DNA of 64,000 nt from Minisyncoccota bacterium (GTDB lineage Bacteria > Patescibacteriota > Minisyncoccia > Phycocordibacterales > JABAAK01), in contig OZ241963.1 of NCBI GenBank assembly GCA_965204115.1, positions 306,489 to 370,488 on the forward strand. The letters run 5' to 3'. This document shows, in pieces, positions 28,664 to 38,544 of the stretch (position 1 is the first letter of the stretch; the number at the start of each line of letters is the position of its first letter). Under the pieces are notes generated by a model, which worked only from the letters and a program-made list of their open reading frames with translations, was not told the DNA's origin and did not search any database. The translations under genes were made by a program, and so were the position numbers.

Positions 28664-29398
28664 CTATGCGTCCAGATAAACCTCTACAATTTCGCTGGAT
28701 ACCGCGTCGTCCTCATAGAACTGCGGATGATGGCGCACCGGCTCAGCGGTTGCGGTGCCCTGGTCCCTGTTCGCATCTCCGTACACCGGATCTGGCTGTC
28801 CACCCGCAAATCCTGAACCAATCGGCTCGTTTTTCTCGGTACCCGCATCTATAATTTCTGTTACGACACTCCCCCGCTGCAGATCGCCGCTTTCTGCGTT
28901 GAAGAGCGGATGACCGTTCAGCCACACAACGCCGTCGTTCGTCTCAAGAATCATTGCCATATAGCTGATAACGATGGCATTAGCGCCGCTTCGGTATTCT
29001 TTTTTGTCGATAATTGAGCGAGGAATAGTTATGTACTGCGTTACTCCCGACGGAATTTCTTCAACGACAAGCACCTCAGCTACATCAGAGTTGTCCCGCA
29101 ATAAAGAGATGACTTCAGACGGATCACCGGTCTCAGCGAGCGGCTCATACCCCTCGGGCAGCTCTACACCCAAGAAATTCATAGAAAAATCATTGTTATG
29201 CAATACCAATACACCCGGGGCGATGGTATATTCGGAAGTGTTCGTAAACTGAATAGTTGGGTTCGTTGCTGTCTCTTCACTGACAGGGGCATCAATCCGG
29301 GATGATGGCGTGAGGTCCGCCACAACTTTTACCAGCACACCGATCACAGTGATAGCCCCGACAATGATGATAAAGATAATCCATTTATTCATATACAC
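28664..29398 (-). CDS. hypothetical signal-anchored extracytoplasmic protein
   Basis: 244 aa with an N-terminal TM (WIIFIIIVGAITVIGVLV). Confidence 0.45.
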   Translation of the reverse strand: MYMNKWIIFIIIVGAITVIGVLVKVVADLTPSSRIDAPVSEETATNPTIQFTNTSEYTIAPGVLVLHNNDFSMNFLGVELPEGYEPLAETGDPSEVISLLRDNSDVAEVLVVEEIPSGVTQYITIPRSIIDKKEYRSGANAIVISYMAMILETNDGVVWLNGHPLFNAESGDLQRGSVVTEIIDAGTEKNEPIGSGFAGGQPDPVYGDANRDQGTATAEPVRHHPQFYEDDAVSSEIVEVYLDA

Positions 29399-29487
29399 GA
29401 TTAAAGAACATTATTAATTGATTAGTGTCAGTATACCATACCAACAAACGCAGCATCTTATCCACAGGCATCAACCTCCTATAAGTG

Positions 29488-30747
29488 TCAGCTAATTCGC
29501 TCCTTTGTTTTTCGGCAAACATCCAGGATGACATGGACAATGATGAGGGCACCGGTGCCGCTGATTGCGAAGATAAAAGTTCCCGCAGTTGAGCCGGTTA
29601 TAACATAGGGCAGCGCAGCTACGGCAACCAAAAACACCGCGGCGTAAAAGAGGATGTGTTTCAGCACCTTGTTGAAGTATGCTTCGGTCTCCTCGCCCGG
29701 ACGCACGCCGGGTATGAATGCCCCTTGATTTTGAAGATTCTCAGCAATTTTTTTGGTATTGAAGACAATCGGTGCGTGAAAGTAAGTGAAGAAGAGGGTG
29801 AGGAGTGCCACCGGTATTGCGTAGTGGAAGCCGTTTGCCAGTAGTCCGTCTATGTGTGCGCCGACTGACTGTATCGCGCCCCACCCGTCAAGTCCGCCAA
29901 GAAACTTAAAACCGTACTGGAGGAACGCCATCACCGTCAGTGCGAAAATAATTGACAACACGCCGACCGGGTTCACCTTGATTGGGATGTAAGTTTTTGC
30001 CCGTCGTTCGCCGGATCCATACCCAATACCGTATCGAGCATAGGTGATCGGTATCGGTCGGTCAGCCTCATTCATCCAAACAGCAACCATGCAGCCGATG
30101 AGGATACCAATCGCACCAAGCACATAGTTAGTAATTAGTGATGGCGAGTAGGTTGTTACCATTTGTGTTATGAGTGTCGGAATATTCACCACAATACCGG
30201 CAAATATGATGAAGGAGATTCCGTTCCCGACACCGAATTCGGTGATTAGTTCTCCGATCCACATTGTCAGCACTGTACCGGCAACGATAAACAACACGCT
30301 CAGGGCAAGGTCAGGGATGGGTAGATTGGTAATCGCGCCCTGCGCCTGGAGGTAGTACAGGATACCGACCGCATTAATCGTTGCCACCGGTACGGTGACG
30401 ATTCGGGTCCATTGTCCGATTTTCTTCCGACCGATTTCTCCCTCTTCGTTGTAGAGTGAATGTATCTTAGGAGAGATGACGGTCAATAACTGCACGACGA
30501 TTGAAACGGTAATGTATGGAAACACGCCGAGCATGGCAATGGAAAAATTTGATAATCCGCCGCCGGAGAAGATATTAAACGCGCCGAGGATTTGATTTTG
30601 GTAGAGAAGCGCGCTGATAGTTGATTGGTCTATTTGCGGTATCGGGACTGACGCTATCATGCGAAACACTGCCAGCCCGATAATCACTGCGGCATACCGC
30701 TTCAGCAGTACCGGATCAGAGAAAAAAGCTTTGAGTCCTTTAAACAT
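29488..30747 (-). CDS. secY: preprotein translocase subunit SecY
   Basis: Ten TM helices and SecY signature regions. Likely start is MFKGLKAFF at 30747, which avoids overlap with rplO. Confidence 0.9.
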   Translation of the reverse strand: MFKGLKAFFSDPVLLKRYAAVIIGLAVFRMIASVPIPQIDQSTISALLYQNQILGAFNIFSGGGLSNFSIAMLGVFPYITVSIVVQLLTVISPKIHSLYNEEGEIGRKKIGQWTRIVTVPVATINAVGILYYLQAQGAITNLPIPDLALSVLFIVAGTVLTMWIGELITEFGVGNGISFIIFAGIVVNIPTLITQMVTTYSPSLITNYVLGAIGILIGCMVAVWMNEADRPIPITYARYGIGYGSGERRAKTYIPIKVNPVGVLSIIFALTVMAFLQYGFKFLGGLDGWGAIQSVGAHIDGLLANGFHYAIPVALLTLFFTYFHAPIVFNTKKIAENLQNQGAFIPGVRPGEETEAYFNKVLKHILFYAAVFLVAVAALPYVITGSTAGTFIFAISGTGALIIVHVILDVCRKTKERIS

Positions 30748-30754
30748 ATAGTGC

Positions 30755-31192
30755 CTACTGTATTGTACCACCCGCAGCCTCTATCTTTTGCTTCGCCCCT
30801 GCTGATGTGCTGCATTTTTTAATGGAGAGCGGCATGGTGATATCTCCGCGAGCAATTATTTTTACTGACGGCACACGCCCTTTTACCTTTGTCGTGATAC
30901 CCCTGTCGGCCAGCACTTTCGGGGTGATAATGCTTTTTTCCTGAAAATGTTTTTCCAGCATTTCTAAGGTGACGCTCCGCACAGCATCCCTGTTCCGCAC
31001 ACCACGAGCGCGGTTTTTATTGTGTCCTCGCCGCTTCGGTATGCGCGCCAACTCATCCCGCAGTGCCGGACGAATGCGCCTCCCTGCTCGTGATCGCTGT
31101 CCCTTGTTCCCGCGACCGGATTTCGCGCCGCGGGCACCGCCGCGTCCTATTTTTTTCTTTTTCTTGTTTTTTGTTGAGAGTTCGTGAAGCAT
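30755..31192 (-). CDS. rplO: 50S ribosomal protein L15
   Basis: MLHELSTKNKKKKKIGRGGARGAKSGRGNKGQRSRAG matches the L15 N-terminus (MKLHEL...GRGHKGQ). Confidence 0.85.
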   Translation of the reverse strand: MLHELSTKNKKKKKIGRGGARGAKSGRGNKGQRSRAGRRIRPALRDELARIPKRRGHNKNRARGVRNRDAVRSVTLEMLEKHFQEKSIITPKVLADRGITTKVKGRVPSVKIIARGDITMPLSIKKCSTSAGAKQKIEAAGGTIQ

Positions 31193-31209
31193 ATATCTTT
31201 TTGTAGGTT

Positions 31210-31878
31210 TTATTCGCTCATCATCGCGAACGCTTTCAGCGTTGCGCGGGCGTTGTTGAGATGGCATTTGCTGCGGGACTGTATCTTCGCGTTTATGCGC
31301 TCTACCCCCGCGAGGTCAGCGATGATTCGCACCGCGCCACCGGCAACGAATCCCTGGCTCGGACGGATGTGCACCACTGACGCGCAATATTTACCAATCG
31401 CTTCGCTCGGGATACTTTTTTCATCGGTCACCTGCACCGTCACCATATTTTTCTGCGCTTGATTTCTCGCCTTTTCCATAGCGGCAGCCATATCAATCCC
31501 CTTGCCGGTACCGACACCGACCTTCCCCTTTCGATTACCGACCGCTACTGCCACACTCAAGCTGAACCGCCGCCCTCCGGCAACCACTCGAGACACACGC
31601 CGCGCGGACAGCACTCGTGTATCAAATTCTGATTTTGGTTTGTCGGTGCCGCGTCTTTTGTTAAATCGCCCGAATGCCGATTGGCGTTTTTTTCCTCTGC
31701 CGCCTCTGTCGTTGCTGCCACCCCTTCTTTGTCCCCTTCGGTCGCCGCCTCTGCCGCCCTGCTGCTGTCCGTTGCCGTTCTGCGGTCTTTGTGCCTCTTT
31801 TTGTCCGTTCGCATCGCCCCCATTTTTCGCTGCGAGTTTTGCATTCTGTTGTGGTGCTTTTTCTGTGTGTTCTTCCAT
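31210..31878 (-). CDS. rpsE: 30S ribosomal protein S5 with a Gly/Arg/Gln-rich N-terminal extension
   Basis: An S5 dsRBD and C-terminal domain (RVSRVVAGGRRFSLSVAVAVGNRKGKVGVGTGKG). Confidence 0.9.
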   Translation of the reverse strand: MEEHTEKAPQQNAKLAAKNGGDANGQKEAQRPQNGNGQQQGGRGGDRRGQRRGGSNDRGGRGKKRQSAFGRFNKRRGTDKPKSEFDTRVLSARRVSRVVAGGRRFSLSVAVAVGNRKGKVGVGTGKGIDMAAAMEKARNQAQKNMVTVQVTDEKSIPSEAIGKYCASVVHIRPSQGFVAGGAVRIIADLAGVERINAKIQSRSKCHLNNARATLKAFAMMSE

Positions 31879-31888
31879 AGGTACTATA

Positions 31889-32239
31889 TTAAAATTCTAA
31901 CCCCCCTTCCCGCGCTGCGTCAGCAAAAGTTTTTACTGAGCCGGCGTACATAAAGCCGCCCCGATCAAACACCACCTTGCTGATTTTTTTATCTTTCGCC
32001 TGTTTTGCAATGGTGGTGCCCAGCTGCTTAGCGCCTTCTTGCGTGCTGCCACCGCCTCCTTTGAGGGAGGAGACCCCGACGAGCGTGTTCCCCGCGGTGT
32101 CATCAATGAGCTGCGCGTATATATGCTTGTTTGATCGGAAGAATGCGAGCCGCGGCTTTTCCGGAGTGCCAAAAACCCGCGAACGGATTCTTCGGTGCCG
32201 TTGCATCCTCTTGAGTGCTTTTTTTGCTGTCTTTTTCAT
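31889..32239 (-). CDS. rplR: 50S ribosomal protein L18
   Basis: [34 protein letters not shown] signature. Confidence 0.9.
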   Translation of the reverse strand: MKKTAKKALKRMQRHRRIRSRVFGTPEKPRLAFFRSNKHIYAQLIDDTAGNTLVGVSSLKGGGGSTQEGAKQLGTTIAKQAKDKKISKVVFDRGGFMYAGSVKTFADAAREGGLEF

Positions 32240-32257
32240 ATTATTATTGTTTGTATA

Positions 32258-32803
32258 CTATGCCGCTGCCGCTTCTGCTTTCTTCCCCTGCTTTCTGCGG
32301 ACCACCTCGCCGACATACCGCACGCCCTTATCCTTATATGGATCCGGCTTTTTAACCCGTCGCACCTTTGCGGCGAATTGTCCGACCTTTTCCTTATCGA
32401 AACCTTCAATAGTTATAGTAACATCCTGTACGCTTACCTGCAAACCCTCCGGCACATCAAATACCACCGGATGGGAAAAGCCGACATGCAGCATCAACTG
32501 TGTCCCTTGCATCTCAACCCGGTATCCGATACCCCGCACCTCCAGCTCTTTTTTGTACCCTTCGGTCACACCAATAATCATATTTTTCGCGTGTGATGCG
32601 TAGGTACCCCAGAGACCGCTTGCCAGCCGGGTTTTTGCCTTTTTCTCCGCCGTCAGCTCTTTGTTTGCGACCGTAAAGGTAACCTCGTCCCGAATTTGTC
32701 TCGTTAATTCACCTTTCGGTCCTTTTACCGTCAGCATGCTGTCTTGAAATGACACTTCCACGCCGTCCGGTATTGCTATTTTTTGTGATCCTATTCTTGA
32801 CAT
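32258..32803 (-). CDS. rplF: 50S ribosomal protein L6
   Basis: MSRIGSQKIAIPDGVEV...LTVKGPKGEL. The start is taken at the internal Met so that it abuts rpsH. Confidence 0.9.
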   Translation of the reverse strand: MSRIGSQKIAIPDGVEVSFQDSMLTVKGPKGELTRQIRDEVTFTVANKELTAEKKAKTRLASGLWGTYASHAKNMIIGVTEGYKKELEVRGIGYRVEMQGTQLMLHVGFSHPVVFDVPEGLQVSVQDVTITIEGFDKEKVGQFAAKVRRVKKPDPYKDKGVRYVGEVVRRKQGKKAEAAAA

Positions 32804-32804
32804 A

Positions 32805-33206
32805 TTACCAAATTGAAAAAAGTGCCTCGCCACCGGTATGCCCCTTGCGTGCTTCATCGCCGGTGAGTATCCCCTTCGGCGTTGAGAGGAATAGTGTGCC
32901 GTGGCCGCTTCGGATCGGATGAATATCCTGCACGCCGAAGTAGACCCGCCGTCCCGGCTTTGAAATTCGTTTCACATCACGCACCTTGTGCTTGCCGTCT
33001 TCATGGTAGGCGAGGGTGATTATCAGCTCTTTTTTCGTGCCGTGTCCCTGCGTTTCCACATTTTCAATGTAGCTTGCGGTACGCAATTTTTGCGCTATAC
33101 TGTTCCTTTTTTTGGAATACGGTACCTCAATCTTTTCTTTGCGCACCATGCCGGCGTTTTTAATCCGAATGATGAGATCCGCGATGCTGTCTGTTACCAT
33201 TACCAT
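32805..33206 (-). CDS. rpsH: 30S ribosomal protein S8
   Basis: [25 protein letters not shown] signature. Confidence 0.9.
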   Translation of the reverse strand: MVMVTDSIADLIIRIKNAGMVRKEKIEVPYSKKRNSIAQKLRTASYIENVETQGHGTKKELIITLAYHEDGKHKVRDVKRISKPGRRVYFGVQDIHPIRSGHGTLFLSTPKGILTGDEARKGHTGGEALFSIW

Positions 33207-33469
33207 GATGATTTCTTTAGTCCGGGTATATACCCTTTTTGTGCCTGCTCCCGCACGCATATCCGTGACAGACCGAACGCGCGAATGTACCCGCGTGGCC
33301 GTCCGGTGATAAAGCAGCGATTACGAATGCGTACCGGCGAGGCGTTTCTCGGCAGTTTTTGCAGTCCTTCCCAGTCGCCCGCCGCTTTTAGTGCTGCCCG
33401 CTTTTTCGCGTATTTTTCTGCTAATCGCACCCTTTTTTGGTTGCGTGCTATCAGTGATTTTCTTGCCAT
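33200..33469 (-). CDS. rpsN: 30S ribosomal protein S14 (long form)
   Basis: [28 protein letters not shown]...[26 protein letters not shown]. Confidence 0.9.
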   Translation of the reverse strand: MARKSLIARNQKRVRLAEKYAKKRAALKAAGDWEGLQKLPRNASPVRIRNRCFITGRPRGYIRAFGLSRICVREQAQKGYIPGLKKSSW

Positions 33470-33651
33470 ATGTATTTCTTACACGAAGCAATATCACACA
33501 CCATTATCTTTGTCCAGCCCTTTTGCGGAACAAAGAAAACCCTGCGGATTAACTCCGTTGGGAGCAGTATAGCATACTTTTTATACAGGATATGTGCTTT
33601 TATGTGTTTTGCTCCTGAGTAAGCATTTCTTGAAAGATGTGGTCAGGACTC

Positions 33652-36600
33652 TTAATTATTGCTGTAAACAGAAAAATGATCATCGTAATTGCCAAGGAGC
33701 GCATTACTCTCCATTCCTGGTATGCCTTTGATGTGGTCTACAACATCGCTATTTCTTGTTTCGAACACGGCTCGTAACCCGGCATTGCCGGCTTCTTCAA
33801 TGAATGTTTTTACCTTCCTTTTGAATGCTTCTTTTTCGGTGTCTGTAAGATTCTTATAGATGACGGGGCTTCCATTTTTTCTAAAAGCAATGTCAACGCA
33901 GGTGCCGGTATAGTGACAGTTGTTGCTATGTGGTCGTGTCGGCGGCCATGCTTCAGTTACTATCCATGTAAAATCTTCAATATTTTTTTTGAGACTGCTT
34001 TGTAATTTTCCTGCGAAACCGCTAACTACTTTATTGCTCTCAGCCTCTTTGAGCAAACCTGATGGGAGGTCGTTGCAGTTATTACAACTACAGTTCAGGC
34101 CTGATTTTCTTCTACTTCTCCGTCTTAGATGCCCTTCACATACTGCAATCTCTGCATCTTGTTCGCCCTCTTGTGGTCCTGCGTTGCCGCCCCTGTTATC
34201 ATCAGCCGGTGATTGACCGGAGGTTCTTCCTGGTGCCGGCTCCATATCATCCACAGGAGGCAGTTCTGCTTCGTTCCACTGGAACGGATTGCCCAAGTTG
34301 TAGCCGATGATATTAAATCCTGCGTTGACGATGAGGTAGGCACTGAGGATGAATATCAGCCCGAAGAGTATCGCTCTGAGTGCGTCCTTCACTTTCTTTC
34401 GCGCTTCCTGATCGCCTCCTTTTACGAACACATTAATTGCTAATACTGCCCCTCGGTAGAAAATGAGTATTCCCGCGCCGGTGATTGCAAGCCATAGCAG
34501 GAGTTTCATTATATTATTCGCTAATTCAAATAGGTGCTCTATACCACAATCATTTCCTTCCCCAAAACTGCAATTTACGATGAGGTTTGACTCTTCTACC
34601 TGATCATTACTGGTAATACTCACGGAATAACTACTGCTGGCAGTGGGGCTTCTACCGCTAACTGAACAGGTAATTGAGCCGGACGACTCAGGTGTGTCGT
34701 CATCAGTGGTTTTCATGGTAAAAGAGCCGGTGGTGTCCCTTTGGGTGGAGAATGAGAGCGGCGTAGCACCCCACGCGCCTCTTTCTTTGCAAGAGACCGT
34801 GAAACCCTCTTCTGTCGCATCTTGCCGCCGAGTAATAGTCCACTTAATACTTTCTCCCTCGGAAATACGAGCGTTATCTGCCTCTATGGTAAAAGGAGGC
34901 GGATTGGCGGGAGATGATAAGCGTGGATCGGGTGGTGCGTTGCCGCCATCATCACCGTTCCCGTTGTCGCCATTACCATTGCCGCCATTGCCACTGTCTG
35001 TCGTTGTTGTCGTAGAATCTACAGTACCGTCTTCATTAACGGTGGTACGATGTGTTTGTTCAATCTCATTTGAGAAATCGTCAGTTGTTCTCACAACAAC
35101 TTCCAGATTGGTTTCTCGGTCCGGGTCTACGGCATTAGGGATGGTTATACTCCAAGCGCCAGTTTCCGAATCAGCAGTAACAATGCTGAGATCTTCACTC
35201 AACGGTATGGTGGCTTCATTGCTTGTTACGGAAACAGCGGCAACCGTTGAGCCGGGTTCCGCCGTGCCGGATATGGTGGCCGACGGGGCGGCAGGGGCTC
35301 CTCCGACAGAAAATCTGATACCTCTGTTATAGGTGGTGTCTATGGTCACATAGTACTCCGCCTTCTCATAGTCAGTATTAGTATCATCTTTTCTGGAGGC
35401 GAAACAGAAAGTGTATCCGTTATCAGTCGCCGCACCAAGAGTGACCGGAGAGCCTTCTGTGTAGGTATTTTCCAATCTATCCCATACATAAATATCGGAA
35501 CCGCAAGGTTGATTTTTATATATTTTCTGCATCCGCCACGAAGTCTCTCCACGAGGATAATTATCAGTTGCGCGGAAAGTTATTGATTGTACACGACTCC
35601 CACGATTATTTTCCATCCCTGCAGGATTTGTCTCTTTATCAAAAGTTATGACAACCGGTCTATCGTCTAAAGCCCCTCCTTCTTGACGGTCACCCCAAAA
35701 GCAAATTGCCGTACTCCCTCCATACCCGCGGCATTGATATGAATTACTTGTGCCACGGGGAGGTGACTGCGCACAACGACAGCCACCAGGCGCACACTTA
35801 CCATTGAATACACTTCCTGCGCTACAGCCCTCACAAGTTCCGGAATTATTTCCACCGTTCTTTCCCTCACAATACCACGCGGCAAAAGTTCCTAAGTTTT
35901 GCCGGCAAAAACAAGCCCATGTAGCGGATGCGGTTGATGCGCTTATTTCAGTGCCGGCGACACACCTTGTTTGAAATGTGCCGCATTTGCCATCCACTAC
36001 ATTTTTTACTGTAACTGTTATTGTTCCACTTTTTCCTTGTGGGTCCTCATTGCATTGATCGTGAATGGGATTTCCACCCTCTCTCGGAGTGTCAGTGATC
36101 TCCCCGGTACAGAAATACGCTGAAAAATTTATAGTATATATATCTTCATCTTTTGTGTCTTCCGCAACCTCAGGAGCATTTGTTATTCTGATCATCTTAT
36201 CATTGGCTCCCTCCCGGGATTCATAGGTAATCCCTTCTGGGGCTTCTATCTCTATCCGCTTCATATATGCCCCTTCCTTGTTTGCGCCGGTAAAACAACT
36301 TTCATAAATATCCAACCAGGCACTTTCTTCCTGAAGTTCTTTCACTTCAAGCTCACAATCACCTGATCTATATTCCACGCTTCCCTCATACTCATTCTTA
36401 AAGATCATCCCTAACAATGTTTCACCATCGTTGCTGCTTTTGTTGTTAGGGTCACACGATAAATCATTGTCAATTTGTTCCGGTGTCTTTTCCCACCAAT
36501 CAATTTTCACAAAATCAGGCAAATCCCGCTTAAGTGTTTTGTTGATCTTGTCATTTTTAGGGTTTTGATAAAATATCCTGTATATTGCAAATTTTCCAAC

Positions 36601-36936
36601 ACCTGCAGGGTCATCCAAACCGCCGCCGTCTCTGTCTTTGACATGCTCCACCGTAAACCAATTGTTCTCAAGATTTTGATTTGGCTGTACCTCAGAGCAG
36701 TCAATACTATTAAATGGGATTTCAATTATTTTATTATTAATTTGAGATTCGCCGTTGACCGACTCAAAGTTCTTTTCAAAGGACCACTCACTTGTTGTGG
36801 TAAATACCTCGGGCCATGTCTCAGGACGAATTATTACCCCTTGTTTACCTTGCCCATACAGATTTACGGAAAAAAGGAATAAGAGGGATGGGACGATGAT
36901 AAAAACACCCAAAAGTGTCAATATATATATGCGCAT
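33652..36936 (-). CDS. giant (~1094 aa) secreted cysteine-rich surface protein with a C-terminal two-helix membrane hairpin and a putative LAS/M15-like peptidase domain
   Basis: Likely start is MRIYILTLLGVFIIVPSLLF (ATG 36934-36936, TATACT -10 9 nt upstream). It has a Cys-rich module, a GNGGNGNGDNGNG low-complexity stretch, the hairpin LLLWLAITGAGILIFYRGAVLAINVF-KGGDQEARKKVKDALRA-ILFGLIFILSAYLIVNAGF, and a C-terminal domain with HYTGTCVD (HxxGxxxD) and later DH motifs. Confidence 0.6.
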   Translation of the reverse strand: MRIYILTLLGVFIIVPSLLFLFSVNLYGQGKQGVIIRPETWPEVFTTTSEWSFEKNFESVNGESQINNKIIEIPFNSIDCSEVQPNQNLENNWFTVEHVKDRDGGGLDDPAGVGKFAIYRIFYQNPKNDKINKTLKRDLPDFVKIDWWEKTPEQIDNDLSCDPNNKSSNDGETLLGMIFKNEYEGSVEYRSGDCELEVKELQEESAWLDIYESCFTGANKEGAYMKRIEIEAPEGITYESREGANDKMIRITNAPEVAEDTKDEDIYTINFSAYFCTGEITDTPREGGNPIHDQCNEDPQGKSGTITVTVKNVVDGKCGTFQTRCVAGTEISASTASATWACFCRQNLGTFAAWYCEGKNGGNNSGTCEGCSAGSVFNGKCAPGGCRCAQSPPRGTSNSYQCRGYGGSTAICFWGDRQEGGALDDRPVVITFDKETNPAGMENNRGSRVQSITFRATDNYPRGETSWRMQKIYKNQPCGSDIYVWDRLENTYTEGSPVTLGAATDNGYTFCFASRKDDTNTDYEKAEYYVTIDTTYNRGIRFSVGGAPAAPSATISGTAEPGSTVAAVSVTSNEATIPLSEDLSIVTADSETGAWSITIPNAVDPDRETNLEVVVRTTDDFSNEIEQTHRTTVNEDGTVDSTTTTTDSGNGGNGNGDNGNGDDGGNAPPDPRLSSPANPPPFTIEADNARISEGESIKWTITRRQDATEEGFTVSCKERGAWGATPLSFSTQRDTTGSFTMKTTDDDTPESSGSITCSVSGRSPTASSSYSVSITSNDQVEESNLIVNCSFGEGNDCGIEHLFELANNIMKLLLWLAITGAGILIFYRGAVLAINVFVKGGDQEARKKVKDALRAILFGLIFILSAYLIVNAGFNIIGYNLGNPFQWNEAELPPVDDMEPAPGRTSGQSPADDNRGGNAGPQEGEQDAEIAVCEGHLRRRSRRKSGLNCSCNNCNDLPSGLLKEAESNKVVSGFAGKLQSSLKKNIEDFTWIVTEAWPPTRPHSNNCHYTGTCVDIAFRKNGSPVIYKNLTDTEKEAFKRKVKTFIEEAGNAGLRAVFETRNSDVVDHIKGIPGMESNALLGNYDDHFSVYSNN

Positions 36937-37002
36937 ACTATTGTCAGTATACTGCACGAAACATACTTGTAGTGCCTATGCGGCTGTGCTATCATATATC
37001 CT

Positions 37003-37575
37003 ATGATACTCACCGATCAACAAATAGCCCCGATAGAGGTTTCTGCGCGTCGTGCGGCTGGTTTTAGTGTGGGCGATACCGTGCGTGTGCATCAAAAAAT
37101 CACTGAAAAGGATAAGACGCGTATACAGGTTTTTGAAGGCACCGTTATCGCTCGCAAGCACGGCACCGAGCCGGGAGCGACATTCACCGTCCGCCGTGTC
37201 GGTACCGACGGCATTGCCGTGGAAAAGATATTCCCGCTCTACACTCCCGTCATAGATCGCATAGAGGTTGTCCAAAAGGTCAAAACCCGCCGAGCAAAAT
37301 TGTATTTCCTTCGTGGCAAAACGCCAAAACAAATTCGTGAAAAATTGCGCAATACTATGGCGGCTATAAAAGAAACGGTAGCCCCTGAGGCGCAACAGCA
37401 GGAGCAGAAGAAAGAAGAAATGGAACAACAGCCTGAAGCACAGCAGGATGAGCAAACAAAACAGGAGGAACAGCCGGAAACGGCGGCACCGGAGACACAG
37501 TCCGACCCGGCACCACAATCAGACGACACACCGCAGCCGGAAGCATCTTCAAAACCTGACAATGCTGCTGAATAA
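37003..37575 (+). CDS. rplS: 50S ribosomal protein L19 with an acidic Gln/Glu-rich C-terminal extension
   Basis: GDTVRVHQKITEKDKTRIQVFEGTVIARKHG...FTVRRV signature. Confidence 0.9.
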   Translation: MILTDQQIAPIEVSARRAAGFSVGDTVRVHQKITEKDKTRIQVFEGTVIARKHGTEPGATFTVRRVGTDGIAVEKIFPLYTPVIDRIEVVQKVKTRRAKLYFLRGKTPKQIREKLRNTMAAIKETVAPEAQQQEQKKEEMEQQPEAQQDEQTKQEEQPETAAPETQSDPAPQSDDTPQPEASSKPDNAAE

Positions 37576-37578
37576 GTG

Positions 37579-38544
37579 TTATGTATTACGAATGAACGCC
37601 TCTACGGTCCGTTCGACATCAGCAGCGGTTTTAGCTTCTTCCATAAGTTTCATACGAAGTTCTTTAGCGCCGGCGAAACCTTCTATGTACGCCTTATAGT
37701 GCTTCTTCATCAAGTTAAATGATTTCATCGGGAGTTTTTGTTCAAAGAGTTTGGTGTGTTCAACCGCCACGCGCAGCCGCTCTGCAATTGGCAAAGTATC
37801 CCGGGAGACCGTTTTACTGAAAAGCCACGGGTTGCCGAAGATACCACGCCCGATCATAATACCGTCACAGCCACTCTCCTGTGCTTTCTGTTCGCCGTCT
37901 GCCCTGTCCAGCACATCACCATTACCGATCACCAGCGTCTTTGGTGCGAGCGTGTCACGCAGTGCGACAATGCGATTCATTGCTTCCCAGCGTGCCGGCA
38001 CTTTTGACATCTCTTTCCTGGTGCGCAGGTGCATAGACAGGGCGACAATGCCGGTCTGCAGGAGCGTCGGCACCCAAGTGTCAATCTCATCCTTGTTGTA
38101 GCCCATTCTGGTTTTTACCGACACCGGCAGTCCGGTTTCCATTGCCGCCTCTATAACTGCAACTGCTGTTTCGGGGTTTCTGATCATATCACACCCGCAC
38201 CCTTGCTTTTCAATCTTTCGATCAGGACAACCCATATTGATATCCAGTCCGTCAAAGCCGAGTTCTTTGGCCAGCATGCCTGCTGTATACATATTTTTCG
38301 GATTACTGGTAAATAGTTGCGCGACAATCGGCCGTTGATCTTCTTCAAACAGCAGGTCAATCTGCAGTGACTCCCTTCCGGGTGAGCATAGTCCGTCAGC
38401 GGAGACAAACTCCGTCCAAAATACATCCGGCTTACCATACTTTGCGAACATAGCCCGAAATGAGACATCCGTCACATCCGCCATCGGCGCAAGCGCAAAA
38501 AAGGGTCGTGGCAATGCCTGCCAAAAAGAATCACTTTTTTTCAT
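37579..38544 (-). CDS. dus: tRNA-dihydrouridine synthase
   Basis: FFALAPMADVTDVSFR N-terminus and a TIM-barrel Dus family. Likely start is MKKSDSF at 38544. Confidence 0.8.
   Translation of the reverse strand: MKKSDSFWQALPRPFFALAPMADVTDVSFRAMFAKYGKPDVFWTEFVSADGLCSPGRESLQIDLLFEEDQRPIVAQLFTSNPKNMYTAGMLAKELGFDGLDINMGCPDRKIEKQGCGCDMIRNPETAVAVIEAAMETGLPVSVKTRMGYNKDEIDTWVPTLLQTGIVALSMHLRTRKEMSKVPARWEAMNRIVALRDTLAPKTLVIGNGDVLDRADGEQKAQESGCDGIMIGRGIFGNPWLFSKTVSRDTLPIAERLRVAVEHTKLFEQKLPMKSFNLMKKHYKAYIEGFAGAKELRMKLMEEAKTAADVERTVEAFIRNT

Noticed and set aside
34950-35000. Short GGN-type nucleotide repeats (ccattaccattgccgccattgcc...)
   Set aside because: It is not a CRISPR or regulatory repeat. It is in-frame coding low-complexity (GNGGNGNGDNGNGDDGG) inside the giant surface protein.
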